The notes: a model not told the origin generated them from the letters alone. Shown: positions 27,501-41,800, counted from the stretch's first letter. The stretch is DNA of 64,000 nucleotides from Auanema rhodensis (GCA_964057225.1 OZ059900.1:23188001-23252000), one strand, 5' to 3'. A program made the numbers and translations.

Positions 27501-30500
27501 TTTTTCTAGTGTTCAGCATGTAAAATGCTTCATTTTAGTATGTAACACGCTGAAATTCGTTGCATTTGACGACTCATATGAACAAAAATCGATTTAATCA
27601 ATATTAGCCATAAGGGGCGTGCCCTCAGAATATGCTAATTTCCTTAATTTTCTAACCCCTGTTTTTTTGTCGTGAAAGTGGAACTAGACGTTGTACAAAC
27701 AATTTTGAGCTAGGTTTCATTGACATTGCATGAGTTTGAACATATGAAATCGTAAGTCAAAACCTTGTTTACAGCGAAATTTCCAAAAACTGGTTTTCCA
27801 GCATAATAAAATATTTCTCATGAGAAATACTGTGTTTTTGTATTTTTCTAGTGTTCAGCATGTAAAATGCTTCATTTTAGTATGTAACACGCTGAAATTC
27901 GTTGCATTTGACGACTCATATGAACAAAAATCGATTTAATCAATATTAGCCATAAGGGGCGTGCCCTCAGAATATGCTAATTTCCTTAACTTTCTAACCC
28001 CTGTTTTTTTGTCGTGAAAGTGGAACTAGACGTTTTACAAACAATTTTGAGCTAGGTTTCATTGACATTGCATGAGTTTGAACACATGAAATCGTAAGTC
28101 AAAACCTTGTTTACAGCGAAATTTCCAAAAACTGGTTTTCCAGCATAATAAAATATTTCTCATGGGAAATACTGTGTTTTTGTATTTTTCTAGTGTTCAG
28201 CATGTAAAATGCTTCATTTTAGTATGTAACACGCTGAAATTCGTTGCATTTGACGACTCATATGAACAAAAATCGATTTAATCAAAATTAGCCATAAGGG
28301 GCGTGCCCTCAGAATATGCTAATTTCCTTAATTTTCTAACCCCTGTTTTTTGTCGTGAAAGTGGAACTAGACGTTTTACAAACAATTTTGAGCTAGGTTT
28401 CATTGACATTGCATGAGTTTGAACACATGAAATCGTAAGTCAAAACCTTGTTTACAGCGAAATTTCCAAAAACTGGTTTTCCAGCATAATAAAATATTTC
28501 TCATGGGAAAAACTGTGTTTTCGTATTTTTCTAGTGTTCAGCATGTAAAATGCTTCATTTTAGTATGTAACACGCTGAAATTCGTTGCATTTGACGACTC
28601 ATATGAACAAAAATCGATTTAATCAATATTAGCCATAAGGGGCGTGCCCTCAGAATATGCTAATTTCCTTAATTTTCTAACCCCTGTTTTTTGTCGTGAA
28701 AGTGGAACTAGACGTTGTAGGAACAATTTTGAGCTAGGTTTCATTGACATTGCATGAGTTTGAACACATGAAATCGTAAGTCAAAACCTTGTTTACAGCG
28801 AAATTTCCAAAAACTGGTTTTCCAGCATAATAAAATATTTCTCATGGGAAATACTGTGTTTTTGTATTTTTCTAGTGTTCAGCATGTAAAATACTTCATT
28901 TTAGTATGTAACACGCTGAAATTGGTTGCATTTGACGACTCATATGAACAAAAATCGATTTAATCAATATTAGCCATAAGGGGCGTGCCCTCAGAATATG
29001 CTAATTTCCTAAATTTTCTAACCCCTGTTTTTTTGTCGTGAAAGTGGAACTAGACGTTTTACAAACAATTTTGAGCTAGGTTTCATTGACATTGCATGAG
29101 TTTGAACACATGAAATCGTAAGTCAAAACCTTGTTTACAGCGAAATTTCCAAAAACTGGTTTTCCAGCATAATAAAATATTTCTCATGAGAAATACTGTG
29201 TTTTTGTATTTTTCTAGTGTTCAGCATGTAAAATGCTTCATTTTAGTATGTAACACGCTGAAATTCGTTGCATTTGACGACTCATATGAACAAAAATCGA
29301 TTTAATCAATATTAGCCATAAGGGGCGTGCCCTCAGAATATGCTAATTTCCTTAACTTTCTAACCCCTGTTTTTTTGTCGTGAAAGTGGAACTAGACGTT
29401 CTACAAACAATTTTGAGCTAGGTTTCATTGACATTGCATGAGTTTGAACACATGAAATCGTAAGTCAAAACCTTGTTTACAGCGAAATTTCCAAAAACTG
29501 GTTTTCCAGCATAATAAAATATTTCTCATGGGAAAAACTGTGTTTTCGTATTTTTCTAGTGTTCAGCATGTAAAATGCTTCATTTTAGTATGTAACACGC
29601 TGAAATTCGTTGCATTTGACGACTCATATGAACAAAAATCGATTTAATCAATATTAGCTATAAGGGGCGTGCCCTCAGAATATGCTAATTTCCTTAATTT
29701 TCTAACCCCTGTTTTTTGTGGTGAAAGTGGAACTAGACGTTGTAGGAACAATTTTGAGCTAGGTTTCATTGACATTGCATGAGTTTGAACACATGAAATC
29801 GTAAGTCAAAACCTTGTTTACAGCGAAATTTCCAAAAACTGGTTTTCCAGCATAATAAAATATTTCTCATGGGAAAAACTGTGTTTTCGTATTTTTCTTG
29901 TGTTCAGCATGTAAAATGTTTCATTTTAGTATGTAACACGCTGAAATTCGTTGCATTTGACGACTCATATGAACAAAAATCGATTTAATCAATATTAGCC
30001 ATAAGGGGCGTGCCCTCAGAATATGCTAATTTCCTAAATTTTCTAACCCCTGTTTTTTTGTCGTGAAAGTGGAACTAGACGTTGTACGAACAATTTTGAG
30101 CTAGGTTTCATTGACATTGCAAGAGTTTGAACACATGAAATCGTAAGTCAAAACCTTGTTTACAGCGAAATTTCCAAAAACTGGTTTTCCAGCATAATAA
30201 AATATTTCTCATGGGAAAAACTGTGTTTTTGTATTTTTCTAGTGTTCAGCATGTAAAATGCTTCATTTTAGTATGTAACACGCTGAAATTCGTTGCATTT
30301 GACGACTCATATGAACAAAAATCGATTTAATCAATATTAGCCATAAGGGGCGTGCCCTCAGAATATGCTAATTTCCTTAATTTTCTAACCCCTGTTTTTT
30401 TGTCGTGAAAGTGGAACTAGACGTTGTACAAACAATTTTGAGCTAGGTTTCATTGACATTGCATGAGTTTGAACATATGAAATCGTAAGTCAAAACCTTG

Positions 30501-31447
30501 TTTACAGCGAAATTTCCAAAAACTGGTTTTCCAGCATAATAAAATATTTCTCATGAGAAATACTGTGTTTTTGTATTTTTCTAGTGTTCAGCATGTAAAA
30601 TGCTTCATTTTAGTATGTAACACGCTGAAATTCGTTGCATTTGACGACTCATATGAACAAAAATCGATTTAATCAATATTAGCCATAAGGGGCGTGCCCT
30701 CAGAATATGCTAATTTCCTTAATTTTCTAACCCCTGTTTTTTGTCGTGAAAGTGGAACTAGACGTTTTACAAACAATTTTGAGCTAGGTTTCATTGACAT
30801 TGCATGAGTTTGAACACATGAAATCGTAAGTCAAAACCTTGTTTACAGCGAAATTTCCAAAAACTGGTTTTCCAGCATAATAAAATATTTCTCATGGGAA
30901 ATACTGTGTTTTTGTATTTTTCTAGTGTTCAGCATGTAAAATGCTTCATTTTAGTATGTAACACGCTGAAATTCGTTGCATTTGACGACTCATATGAACA
31001 AAAATCGATTTAATCAAAATTAGCCATAAGGGGCGTGCCCTCAGAATATGCTAATTTCCTTAATTTTCTAACCCCTGTTTTTTGTCGTGAAAGTGGAACT
31101 AGACGTTGTAGGAACAATTTTGAGCTAGGTTTCATTGACATTGCATGAGTTTGAACACATGAAATCGTAAGTCAAAACCTTGTTTACAGCGAAATTTCCA
31201 AAAACTGGTTTTCCAGCATAATAAAATATTTCTCATGAGAAAAACTGTGTTTTCGTATTTTTCTAGTGTTCAGCATGTAAAATGCTTCATTTTAGTATGT
31301 AACACGCTGAAATTCGTTGCATTTGACGACTCATATGAACAAAAATCGATTTAAACAATATTAGCCATAAGGGGCGTGCCCTCAGAATATGCTAATTTCC
31401 TAAATTTTCTAACCCCTGTTTTTTTGTCGTGAAAGTGGAACTAGACG

Positions 31448-34400
31448 TTGTACGAACAATTTTGAGCTAGGTTTCATTGACATTGCATGAGTTTGAACAC
31501 ATGAAATCGTAAGTCAAAACCTTGTTTACAGCGAAATTTCCAAAAACTGGTTTTCCAGCATAATAAAATATTTCTCGTGGGAAATACTGTGTTTTTGTAT
31601 TTTTCTAGTGTTCAGCATGTAAAATGCTTCATTTTAGTATGTAACACGCTGAAATTCGTTGCATTTGACGACTCATATGAACAAAAATCGATTTAATCAA
31701 TATTAGCCATAAGGGGCGTGCCCTCAGAATATGCTAATTTCCTTAATTTTCTAACCCCTGTTTTTTTGTTGTGAAAGTGGAACTAGACGTTGTACGAACA
31801 ATTTTGAACTAGGTTTCATTGACATTGCATGAGTTTGAACACATGAAATCGTAAGTCAAAACCTTGTTTACAGCGAAATTTCCAAAAACTGGTTTTCCAG
31901 CATAATAAAATATTTCTCATGGGAAATACTGTGTTTTTGTATTTTTCTAGTGTTCAGCATGTAAAATGCTGCATTTCAGTATGTAACACGCTGAAATTCG
32001 TTGCATTTGACGACTCATATGAACAAAAATCGATTTAATCAATATTAGCCATAAGGGGCGTGCCCTCAGAATATGCTAATTTCCTTAATTTTCTAATCCC
32101 TGTTTTTTTGTCGTGAAAGTGGAACTAGACGTTGTACGAACAATTTTGAGCTAGGTTTCATTGACATTGCATGAGTTTGAACACATGAAATCATAAGTCA
32201 AAACCTTGTTTACAGCGAAATTTCCAAAAACTGGTTTTCCAGCATAATAAAATATTTCTCATAAAAAATACTGTGTTTTTGTATTTTTCTAGTGTTCAGC
32301 ATGTAAAATGCTTCATTTTAGTATGTAACACGCTGAAATTCGTTGCATTTGACGACTCATATGAACAAAAATCGATTTAATCAATATTAGCCATAAGGGG
32401 CGTGCCCTCAGAATATGCTAATTTCCTTAATTTTCTAACCCCTGTTTTTTTGTCGTGAAAGTGGAACTAGACATTGTACGAACAATTTTGAACTAGGTTT
32501 TATTGACATTGCATGAGTTTGAACACATGAAATCGTAAGTGAAAACCTTGTTTACAGCGAAATTTCCAAAGACTGGTTTTCCAGCATAATAAAATATTTC
32601 TAATGGGAAATACTGTGTTTTTGTATTTTTCTAGTGTTCAGCATGTAAAATGCTTCATTTTAGTATGTAACACGCTGAAATTCGTTGCATTTGACGACTC
32701 ATATGAACAAAAATCGATTTAATCAATATTAGCCATAAGGGGCGTGCCCTCAGAATATGCTAATTTCCTTAATTTTCTAACCCCTGTTTTTTTGTCGTGA
32801 AAGTGGAACTAGACGTTGTACGAACAATTTTGAACTAGGTTTCATTGACATTGCATGAGTTTGAACACATGAAATCGTAAGTCAAAACCTTGTTTACAGC
32901 GAAATTTCCAAAAACTGGTTTTCCAGCATAATAAAATATTTCTCATGGGAAATACTGTGTTTTTGTATTTTTCTAGTGTTCAGCATGTAAAATGCTTCAT
33001 TTTAGTATGTAACACGCTGAAATTCGTTGCATTTGACGACTCATATGAACAAAAATCGATTTAATCAATATTAGCCATAAGGGGCGTGCCCTCAGAATAT
33101 GCTAATTTCCTTAATTTTCTAACCCCTGTTTTTTTGTCGTGAAAGTGGAACTAGACGTTGTACGAACAATTTTGAGCTAGGTTTCATTGACATTGCATGA
33201 GTTTGAACACATGAAATCGTAAGTCAAAACCTTGTTTACAGCGAAATTTCCAAAAACTGGTTTTCCAGCATAATAAAATATTTCTCGTGGGAAATACTGT
33301 GTTTTTGTATTTTTCTAGTGTTCAGCATGTAAAATGCTTCATTTTAGTATGTAACACGCTGAAATTCGTTGCATTTGATGACTCATATGAACAAAAATCG
33401 ATTTAATCAATATTAGCCATAAGGGGCGTGCCCTCAGAATATGCTAATTTCCTTAATTTTCTAACCCCTGTTTTTTTGTCGTGAAAGTGGAACTAGACGT
33501 TGTACGAACAATTTTGAACTAGGTTTCATTGACATTGCATGAGTTTGAACACATGAAATCGTAAGTCAAAACCTTGTTTACAGCGAAATTTCCAAAAACT
33601 GGTTTTCCAGCATAATAAAATATTTCTCATGGGAAATACTGTGTTTTTGTATTTTTCTAGTGTTCAGCATGTAAAATGCTTCATTTTAGTATGTAACACG
33701 CTGAAATTCGTTGCATTTGACGACTCATATGAACAAAAATCGATTTAATCAATATTAGCCATAAGGGGCGTGCCCTCAGAATATGCTAATTTCCTAAATT
33801 TTCTAACCCCTGTTTTTTTGTCGTGAAAGTGGAACTAGACGTTGTACGAACAATTTTGAGCTAGGTTTCATTGACATTGCATGAGTTTGAACACATGAAA
33901 TCGTAAGTCAAAACCTTGTTTACAGCGAAATTTCCAAAAACTGGTTTTCCAGCATAATAAAATATTTCTCGTGGGAAATACTGTGTTTTTGTATTTTTCT
34001 AGTGTTCAGCATGTAAAATGCTTCATTTTAGTATGTAACACGCTGAAATTCGTTGCATTTGACGACTCATATGAACAAAAATCGATTTAATCAATATTAG
34101 CCATAAGGGGCGTGCCCTCAGAATATGCTAATTTCCTTAATTTTCTAACCCCTGTTTTTTTGTTGTGAAAGTGGAACTAGACGTTGTACGAACAATTTTG
34201 AACTAGGTTTCATTGACATTGCATGAGTTTGAACACATGAAATCGTAAGTCAAAACCTTGTTTACAGCGAAATTTCCAAAAACTGGTTTTCCAGCATAAT
34301 AAAATATTTCTCATGGGAAATACTGTGTTTTTGTATTTTTCTAGTGTTCAGCATGTAAAATGCTGCATTTCAGTATGTAACACGCTGAAATTCGTTGCAT

Positions 34401-36235
34401 TTGACGACTCATATGAACAAAAATCGATTTAATCAATATTAGCCATAAGGGGCGTGCCCTCAGAATATGCTAATTTCCTTAATTTTCTAATCCCTGTTTT
34501 TTTGTCGTGAAAGTGGAACTAGACGTTGTACGAACAATTTTGAGCTAGGTTTCATTGACATTGCATGAGTTTGAACACATGAAATCATAAGTCAAAACCT
34601 TGTTTACAGCGAAATTTCCAAAAACTGGTTTTCCAGCATAATAAAATATTTCTCATAAAAAATACTGTGTTTTTGTATTTTTCTAGTGTTCAGCATGTAA
34701 AATGCTTCATTTTAGTATGTAACACGCTGAAATTCGTTGCATTTGACGACTCATATGAACAAAAATCGATTTAATCAATATTAGCCATAAGGGGCGTGCC
34801 CTCAGAATATGCTAATTTCCTTAATTTTCTAACCCCTGTTTTTTTGTCGTGAAAGTGGAACTAGACATTGTACGAACAATTTTGAACTAGGTTTTATTGA
34901 CATTGCATGAGTTTGAACACATGAAATCGTAAGTGAAAACCTTGTTTACAGCGAAATTTCCAAAGACTGGTTTTCCAGCATAATAAAATATTTCTAATGG
35001 GAAATACTGTGTTTTTGTATTTTTCTAGTGTTCAGCATGTAAAATGCTTCATTTTAGTATGTAACACGCTGAAATTCGTTGCATTTGACGACTCATATGA
35101 ACAAAAATCGATTTAATCAATATTAGCCATAAGGGGCGTGCCCTCAGAATATGCTAATTTCCTTAATTTTCTAACCCCTGTTTTTTTGTCGTGAAAGTGG
35201 AACTAGACGTTGTACGAACAATTTTGAACTAGGTTTCATTGACATTGCATGAGTTTGAACACATGAAATCGTAAGTCAAAACCTTGTTTACAGCGAAATT
35301 TCCAAAAACTGGTTTTCCAGCATAATAAAATATTTCTCATGGGAAATACTGTGTTTTTGTATTTTTCTAGTGTTCAGCATGTAAAATGCTTCATTTTAGT
35401 ATGTAACACGCTGAAATTCGTTGCATTTGACGACTCATATGAACAAAAATCGATTTAATCAATATTAGCCATAAGGGGCGTGCCCTCAGAATATGCTAAT
35501 TTCCTTAATTTTCTAACCCCTGTTTTTTTGTCGTGAAAGTGGAACTAGACGTTGTACGAACAATTTTGAGCTAGGTTTCGTTGACATTGCATGAGTTTGA
35601 ACACATGAAATCGTAAGTCAAAACCTTGTTTACAGCGAAATTTCCAAAAACTGGTTTTCCAGCATAATAAAATATTTCTCGTGGGAAATACTGTGTTTTT
35701 GTATTTTTCTAGTGTTCAGCATGTAAAATGCTTCATTTTAGTATGTAACACGCTGAAATTCGTTGCATTTGATGACTCATATGAACAAAAATCGATTTAA
35801 TCAATATTAGCCATAAGGGGCGTGCCCTCAGAATATGCTAATTTCCTTAATTTTCTAACCCCTGTTTTTTTGTCGTGAAAGTGGAACTAGACGTTGTACG
35901 AACAATTTTGAACTAGGTTTCATTGACATTGCATGAGTTTGAACACATGAAATCGTAAGTCAAAACCTTGTTTACAGCGAAATTTCCAAAAACTGGTTTT
36001 CCAGCATAATAAAATATTTCTCATGGGAAATACTGTGTTTTTGTATTTTTCTAGTGTTCAGCATGTAAAATGCTTCATTTTAGTATGTAACACGCTGAAA
36101 TTCGTTGCATTTGACGACTCATATGAACAAAAATCGATTTAATCAATATTAGCCATAAGGGGCGTGCCCTCAGAATATGCTAATTTCCTTAATTTTCTAA
36201 CCCCTGTTTTTTTGTCGTGAAAGTGGAACTAGACG
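31448..36235 (+). repeat. 7-monomer (2,394-bp) tandem duplication
   Basis: Markers TGTTGTG, GCTGCATTTCAG, CTAATCCC, TCATAAGTC, CTCATAAAAAAT, GACATTG, TTTATTG, AAGTGAAA, CCAAAGACT and GATGAC recur in order at +2394. Confidence 0.92.
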
Positions 36236-38287
36236 TTGTACGAACAATTTTGAACTAGGTTTCATTGACATTGCATGAGTTTGAACACATGAAATCGTAA
36301 GTCAAAACCTTGTTTACAGCGAAATTTCCAAAAACTGGTTTTCCAGCATAATAAAATATTTCTAATGGGAAATACTGTGTTTTTGTATTTTTCTAGTGTT
36401 CAGCATGTAAAATGCTTCATTTTAGTATGTAACACGCTGAAATTCGTTGCATTTGACGACTCATATGAACAAAAATCGATTTAATCAATATTAGCCATAA
36501 GGGGCGTGCCCTCAGAATATGCTAATTTCCTTAATTTTCTAACCCCTGTTTTTTTGTCGTGAAAGTGGAACTAGACGTTGTACGAACAATTTTGAACTAG
36601 GTTTCATTGACATTGCATGAGTTTGAACACATGAAATCGTAAGTCAAAACCTTGTTTACAGCGAAATTTCCAAAAACTGGTTTTCCAGCATAATAAAATA
36701 TTTCTCATGGGAAATACTGTGTTTTTGTATTTTTCTAGTGTTCAGCATGTAAAATGCTTCATTTTAGTATGTAACACGCTGAAATTCGTTGCATTTGACG
36801 ACTCATATGAACAAAAATCGATTTAATCAATATTAGCCATAAGGGGCGTGCCCTCAGAATATGCTAATTTCCTTAATTTTCTAACCCCTGTTTTTTTGTC
36901 GTGAAAGTGGAACTAGACGTTGTACGAACAATTTTGAGCTAGGTTTCATTGACATTGCATGAGTTTGAACACATGAAATCGTAAGTCAAAACCTTGTTTA
37001 CAGCGAAATTTCCAAAAACTGGTTTTCCAGCATAATAAAATATTTCTCGTGGGAAATACTGTGTTTTTGTATTTTTCTAGTGTTCAGCATGTAAAATGCT
37101 TCATTTTAGTATGTAACACGCTGAAATTCGTTGCATTTGATGACTCATATGAACAAAAATCGATTTAATCAATATTAGCCATAAGGGGCGTGCCCTCAGA
37201 ATATGCTAATTTCCTTAATTTTCTAACCCCTGTTTTTTTGTCGTGAAAGTGGAACTAGACGTTGTACGAACAATTTTGAACTAGGTTTCATTGACATTGC
37301 ATGAGTTTGAACACATGAAATCGTAAGTCAAAACCTTGTTTACAGCGAAATTTCCAAAAACTGGTTTTCCAGCATAATAAAATATTTCTCATGGGAAATA
37401 CTGTGTTTTTGTATTTTTCTAGTGTTCAGCATGTAAAATGCTTCATTTTAGTATGTAACACGCTGAAATTCGTTGCATTTGACGACTCATATGAACAAAA
37501 ATCGATTTAATCAATATTAGCCATAAGGGGCGTGCCCTCAGAATATGCTAATTTCCTTAATTTTCTAACCCCTGTTTTTTTGTCGTGAAAGTGGAACTAG
37601 ACGTTGTACGAACAATTTTGAACTAGGTTTCATTGACATTGCATGAGTTTGAACACATGAAATCGTAAGTCAAAACCTTGTTTACAGCGAAATTTCCAAA
37701 AACTGGTTTTCCAGCATAATAAAATATTTCTCATGGGAAATACTGTGTTTTTGTATTTTTCTAGTGTTCAGCATGTAAAATGCTTCATTTTAGTATGTAA
37801 CACGCTGAAATTCGTTGCATTTGACGACTCATATGAACAAAAATCGATTTAATCAATATTAGCCATAAGGGGCGTGCCCTCAGAATATGCTAATTTCCTT
37901 AATTTTCTAACCCCTGTTTTTTTGTCGTGAAAGTGGAACTAGACGTTGTACGAACAATTTTGAACTAGGTTTCATTGATATTGCATGAGTTTGAACACAT
38001 GAAATCGTAAGTCAAAACCTTGTTTACAGCGAAATTTCCTAAAACTGGTTTTCCAGCATAATAAAATATTTCTAATGGGAAATACTGTGTTTTTGTATTT
38101 TTCTAGTGTTCAGCATGTAAAATGCTTCATTTTAGTATGTAACACGCTGAAATTCGTTGCATTTGACGACTCATATGAACAAAAATCGATTTAATCAATA
38201 TTAGCCATAAGGGGCGTGCCCTCAGAATATGCTAATTTCCTTAATTTTCTAACCCCTGTTTTTTTGTCGTGAAAGTGGAACTAGACG

Positions 38288-38567
38288 TTGTACGAACAAT
38301 TTTGAGCTAGGTTTCATTGACATTGCATGAGTTTGAACACATGAAATCGTAAGTCAAAACCTTGTTTACAGCGAAATTTCCAAAAACTGGTTTTCCAGCA
38401 TAATAAAATATTTCTCGTGGGAAATACTGTGTTTTTGTATTTTTGACGACTCATATGAACAAAAATCGATTTAATCAATATTAGCCATAAGGGGCGTGCC
38501 CTCAGAATATGCTAATTTCCTTAATTTTCTAACCCCTGTTTTTTTGTCGTGAAAGTGGAACTAGACG
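38288..38567 (+). repeat. Truncated 280-bp monomer with a 62-bp internal deletion (monomer ~158-219)
   Basis: Reads GTTTTTGTATTTTT|GACGACTC at ~38444. Monomer starts are 280 bp apart. TTT microhomology flanks the deletion. Confidence 0.95.
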
Positions 38568-38870
38568 TTGTACGAACAATTTTGAACTAGGTTTCATTGA
38601 CATTGCATGAGTTTGAACACATGAAATCGTAAGTCAAAACCTTGTTAACAGCGAAATTTCCAAAAACTGGTTTTCCAGCATAATAAAATATTTCTAATGG
38701 GAAATACTGTGTTTTTGTATTTTTCTAGTGTTCAGCATGTAAAATGCTTCATTTTAGTATGTAACACGCTGAAATTCGTTGCATTTGACGACTCATATGA
38801 ACAAAAATCGATTTAATCAATATTCGCCATAAGGGGCGTGCCCTCAGAATATGCTAATTTCCTTAATTTT

Positions 38871-38894
38871 CTAACCCCTGATAACATATGAGTC
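38871..38894. other. Inversion junction 1 (tail-to-tail) with 4-nt filler ATAA
   Basis: CTAACCCCTG|ATAA|CATATGAGTC. The forward monomer ends at position 313 and the reverse monomer starts at position 232. ATAA (38881-38884) continues neither. Confidence 0.93.
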
Positions 38895-41800
38895 GTCAAA
38901 TGCAACGAATTTCAGCGTGTTACATACTAAAATGAAGCATTTCACATGCTGAACACTAGAAAAATACAAAAACACAGTATTTCCCACGAGAAATATTTTA
39001 TTATGCTGGAAAACCAGTTTTTGGAAATTTCGCTGTAAACAAGGTTTTGACTTACTATTTCATGTGTTCAAACTCATGCAATGTCAATGAAACCTAGCTC
39101 AAAATTGTTCGTACAACGTCTAGTTCCACTTTCACGACAAAAAAACAGGGGTTAGAAAATTAAGGAAATTAGCATATTCTGAGGGCACGCCCCTTATGGC
39201 TAATATTGATTAAATCGATTTTTGTTCATATGAGTCGTCAAATGCAACGAATTTCAGCGTGTTACATACTAAAATGAAGCATTTTACATGCTGAACACTA
39301 GAAAAATACAAAAACACAGTATTTCCCATTAGAAATATTTTATTATGCTGGAAAACCAGTTTTAGGAAATTTCGCTGTAAACAAGGTTTTGACTTACGAT
39401 TTCATGTGTTCAAACTCATGCAATGTCAATGAAACCTAGTTCAAAATTGTTCGTACAACGTCTAGTTCCACTTTCACGACAAAAAAACAGGGGTTAGAAA
39501 ATTAAGGAAATTAGCATATTCTGAGGGCACGCCCCTTATGGCTAATATTGATTAAATCGATTTTTGTTCATATGAGTCGTCAAATGCAACGAATTTCAGC
39601 GTGTTACATACTAAAATGAAGCATTTTACATGCTGAACACTAGAAAAATACAAAAACACAGTATTTCCCATTAGAAATATTTTATTATGCTGGAAAACCA
39701 GTTTTAGGAAATTTCGCTGTAAACAAGGTTTTGACTTACGATTTCATGTGTTCAAACTCATGCAATGTCAATGAAACCTAGTTCAAAATTGTTCGTACAA
39801 CGTCTAGTTCCACTTTCACGACAAAAAAACAGGGGTTAGAAAATTAAGGAAATTAGCATATTCTGAGGGCACGCCCCTTATGGCTAATATTGATTAAATC
39901 GATTTTTGTTCATATGAGTCGTCAAATGCAACGAATTTCAGCGTGTTACATACTAAAATGAAGCATTTTACATGCTGAACACTAGAAAAATACAAAAACA
40001 CAGTATTTCCCATGAGAAATATTTTATTATGCTGGAAAACCAGTTTTTGGAAATTTCGCTGTAAACAAGGTTTTGACTTACGATTTCATGTGTTCAAACT
40101 CATGCAATGTCAATGAAACCTAGTTCAAAATTGTTCGTACAACGTCTAGTTCCACTTTCACGACAAAAAAACAGGGGTTAGAAAATTAAGGAAATTAGCA
40201 TATTCTGAGGGCACGCCCCTTATGGCTAATATTGATTAAATCGATTTTTGTTCATATGAGTCGTCAAATGCAACGAATTTCAGCGTGTTACATACTAAAA
40301 TGAAGCATTTTACATGCTGAACACTAGAAAAATACAAAAACACAGTATTTCCCACGAGAAATATTTTATTATGCTGGAAAACCAGTTTTTGGAAATTTCG
40401 CTGTAAACAAGGTTTTGACTTACGATTTCATGTGTTCAAACTCATGCAATGTCAATGAAACCTAGCTCAAAATTGTTCGTACAACGTCTAGTTCCACTTT
40501 CACGACAAAAAAACAGGGGTTAGAAAATTAAGGAAATTAGCATATTCTGAGGGCACGCCCCTTATGGCTAATATTGATTAAATCGATTTTTGTTCATATG
40601 AGTCGTCAAATGCAACGAATTTCAGCGTGTTACATACTAAAATGAAGCATTTTACATGCTGAACACTAGAAAAATACAAAAACACAGTATTTCCCATGAG
40701 AAATATTTTATTATGCTGGAAAACCAGTTTTTGGAAATTTCGCTGTAAACAAGGTTTTGACTTACGATTTCATGTGTTCAAACTCATGCAATGTCAATGA
40801 AACCTAGTTCAAAATTGTTCGTACAACGTCTAGTTCCACTTTCACGACAAAAAAACAGGGGTTAGAAAATTAAGGAAATTAGCATATTCTGAGGGCACGC
40901 CCCTTATGGCTAATATTGATTAAATCGATTTTTGTTCATATGAGTCGTCAAATGCAACGAATTTCAGCGTGTTACATACTAAAATGAAGCATTTTACATG
41001 CTGAACACTAGAAAAATACAAAAACACAGTATTTCCCATTAGAAATATTTTATTATGCTGGAAAACCAGTCTTTGGAAATTTCGCTGTAAACAAGGTTTT
41101 CACTTACGATTTCATGTGTTCAAACTCATGCAATGTCAATAAAACCTAGTTCAAAATTGTTCGTACAATGTCTAGTTCCACTTTCACGACAAAAAAACAG
41201 GGGTTAGAAAATTAAGGAAATTAGCATATTCTGAGGGCACGCCCCTTATGGCTAATATTGATTAAATCGATTTTTGTTCATATGAGTCGTCAAATGCAAC
41301 GAATTTCAGCGTGTTACATACTAAAATGAAGCATTTTACATGCTGAACACTAGAAAAATACAAAAACACAGTATTTTTTATGAGAAATATTTTATTATGC
41401 TGGAAAACCAGTTTTTGGAAATTTCGCTGTAAACAAGGTTTTGACTTATGATTTCATGTGTTCAAACTCATGCAATGTCAATGAAACCTAGCTCAAAATT
41501 GTTCGTACAACGTCTAGTTCCACTTTCACGACAAAAAAACAGGGATTAGAAAATTAAGGAAATTAGCATATTCTGAGGGCACGCCCCTTATGGCTAATAT
41601 TGATTAAATCGATTTTTGTTCATATGAGTCGTCAAATGCAACGAATTTCAGCGTGTTACATACTGAAATGCAGCATTTTACATGCTGAACACTAGAAAAA
41701 TACAAAAACACAGTATTTCCCATGAGAAATATTTTATTATGCTGGAAAACCAGTTTTTGGAAATTTCGCTGTAAACAAGGTTTTGACTTACGATTTCATG

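Larger units (their letters stand above)
1..38880 (+). repeat. Left block, monomers in forward orientation (~114 copies)
   Basis: Continuous head-to-tail monomers. The last one starts at 38568 and is truncated at monomer position 313 (...CTAACCCCTG). Confidence 0.98.

Noticed and set aside
38879-38891. Templated origin of the ATAA filler (AACATATGA resembles the D-type variant)
   Set aside because: It is too short to distinguish from chance.
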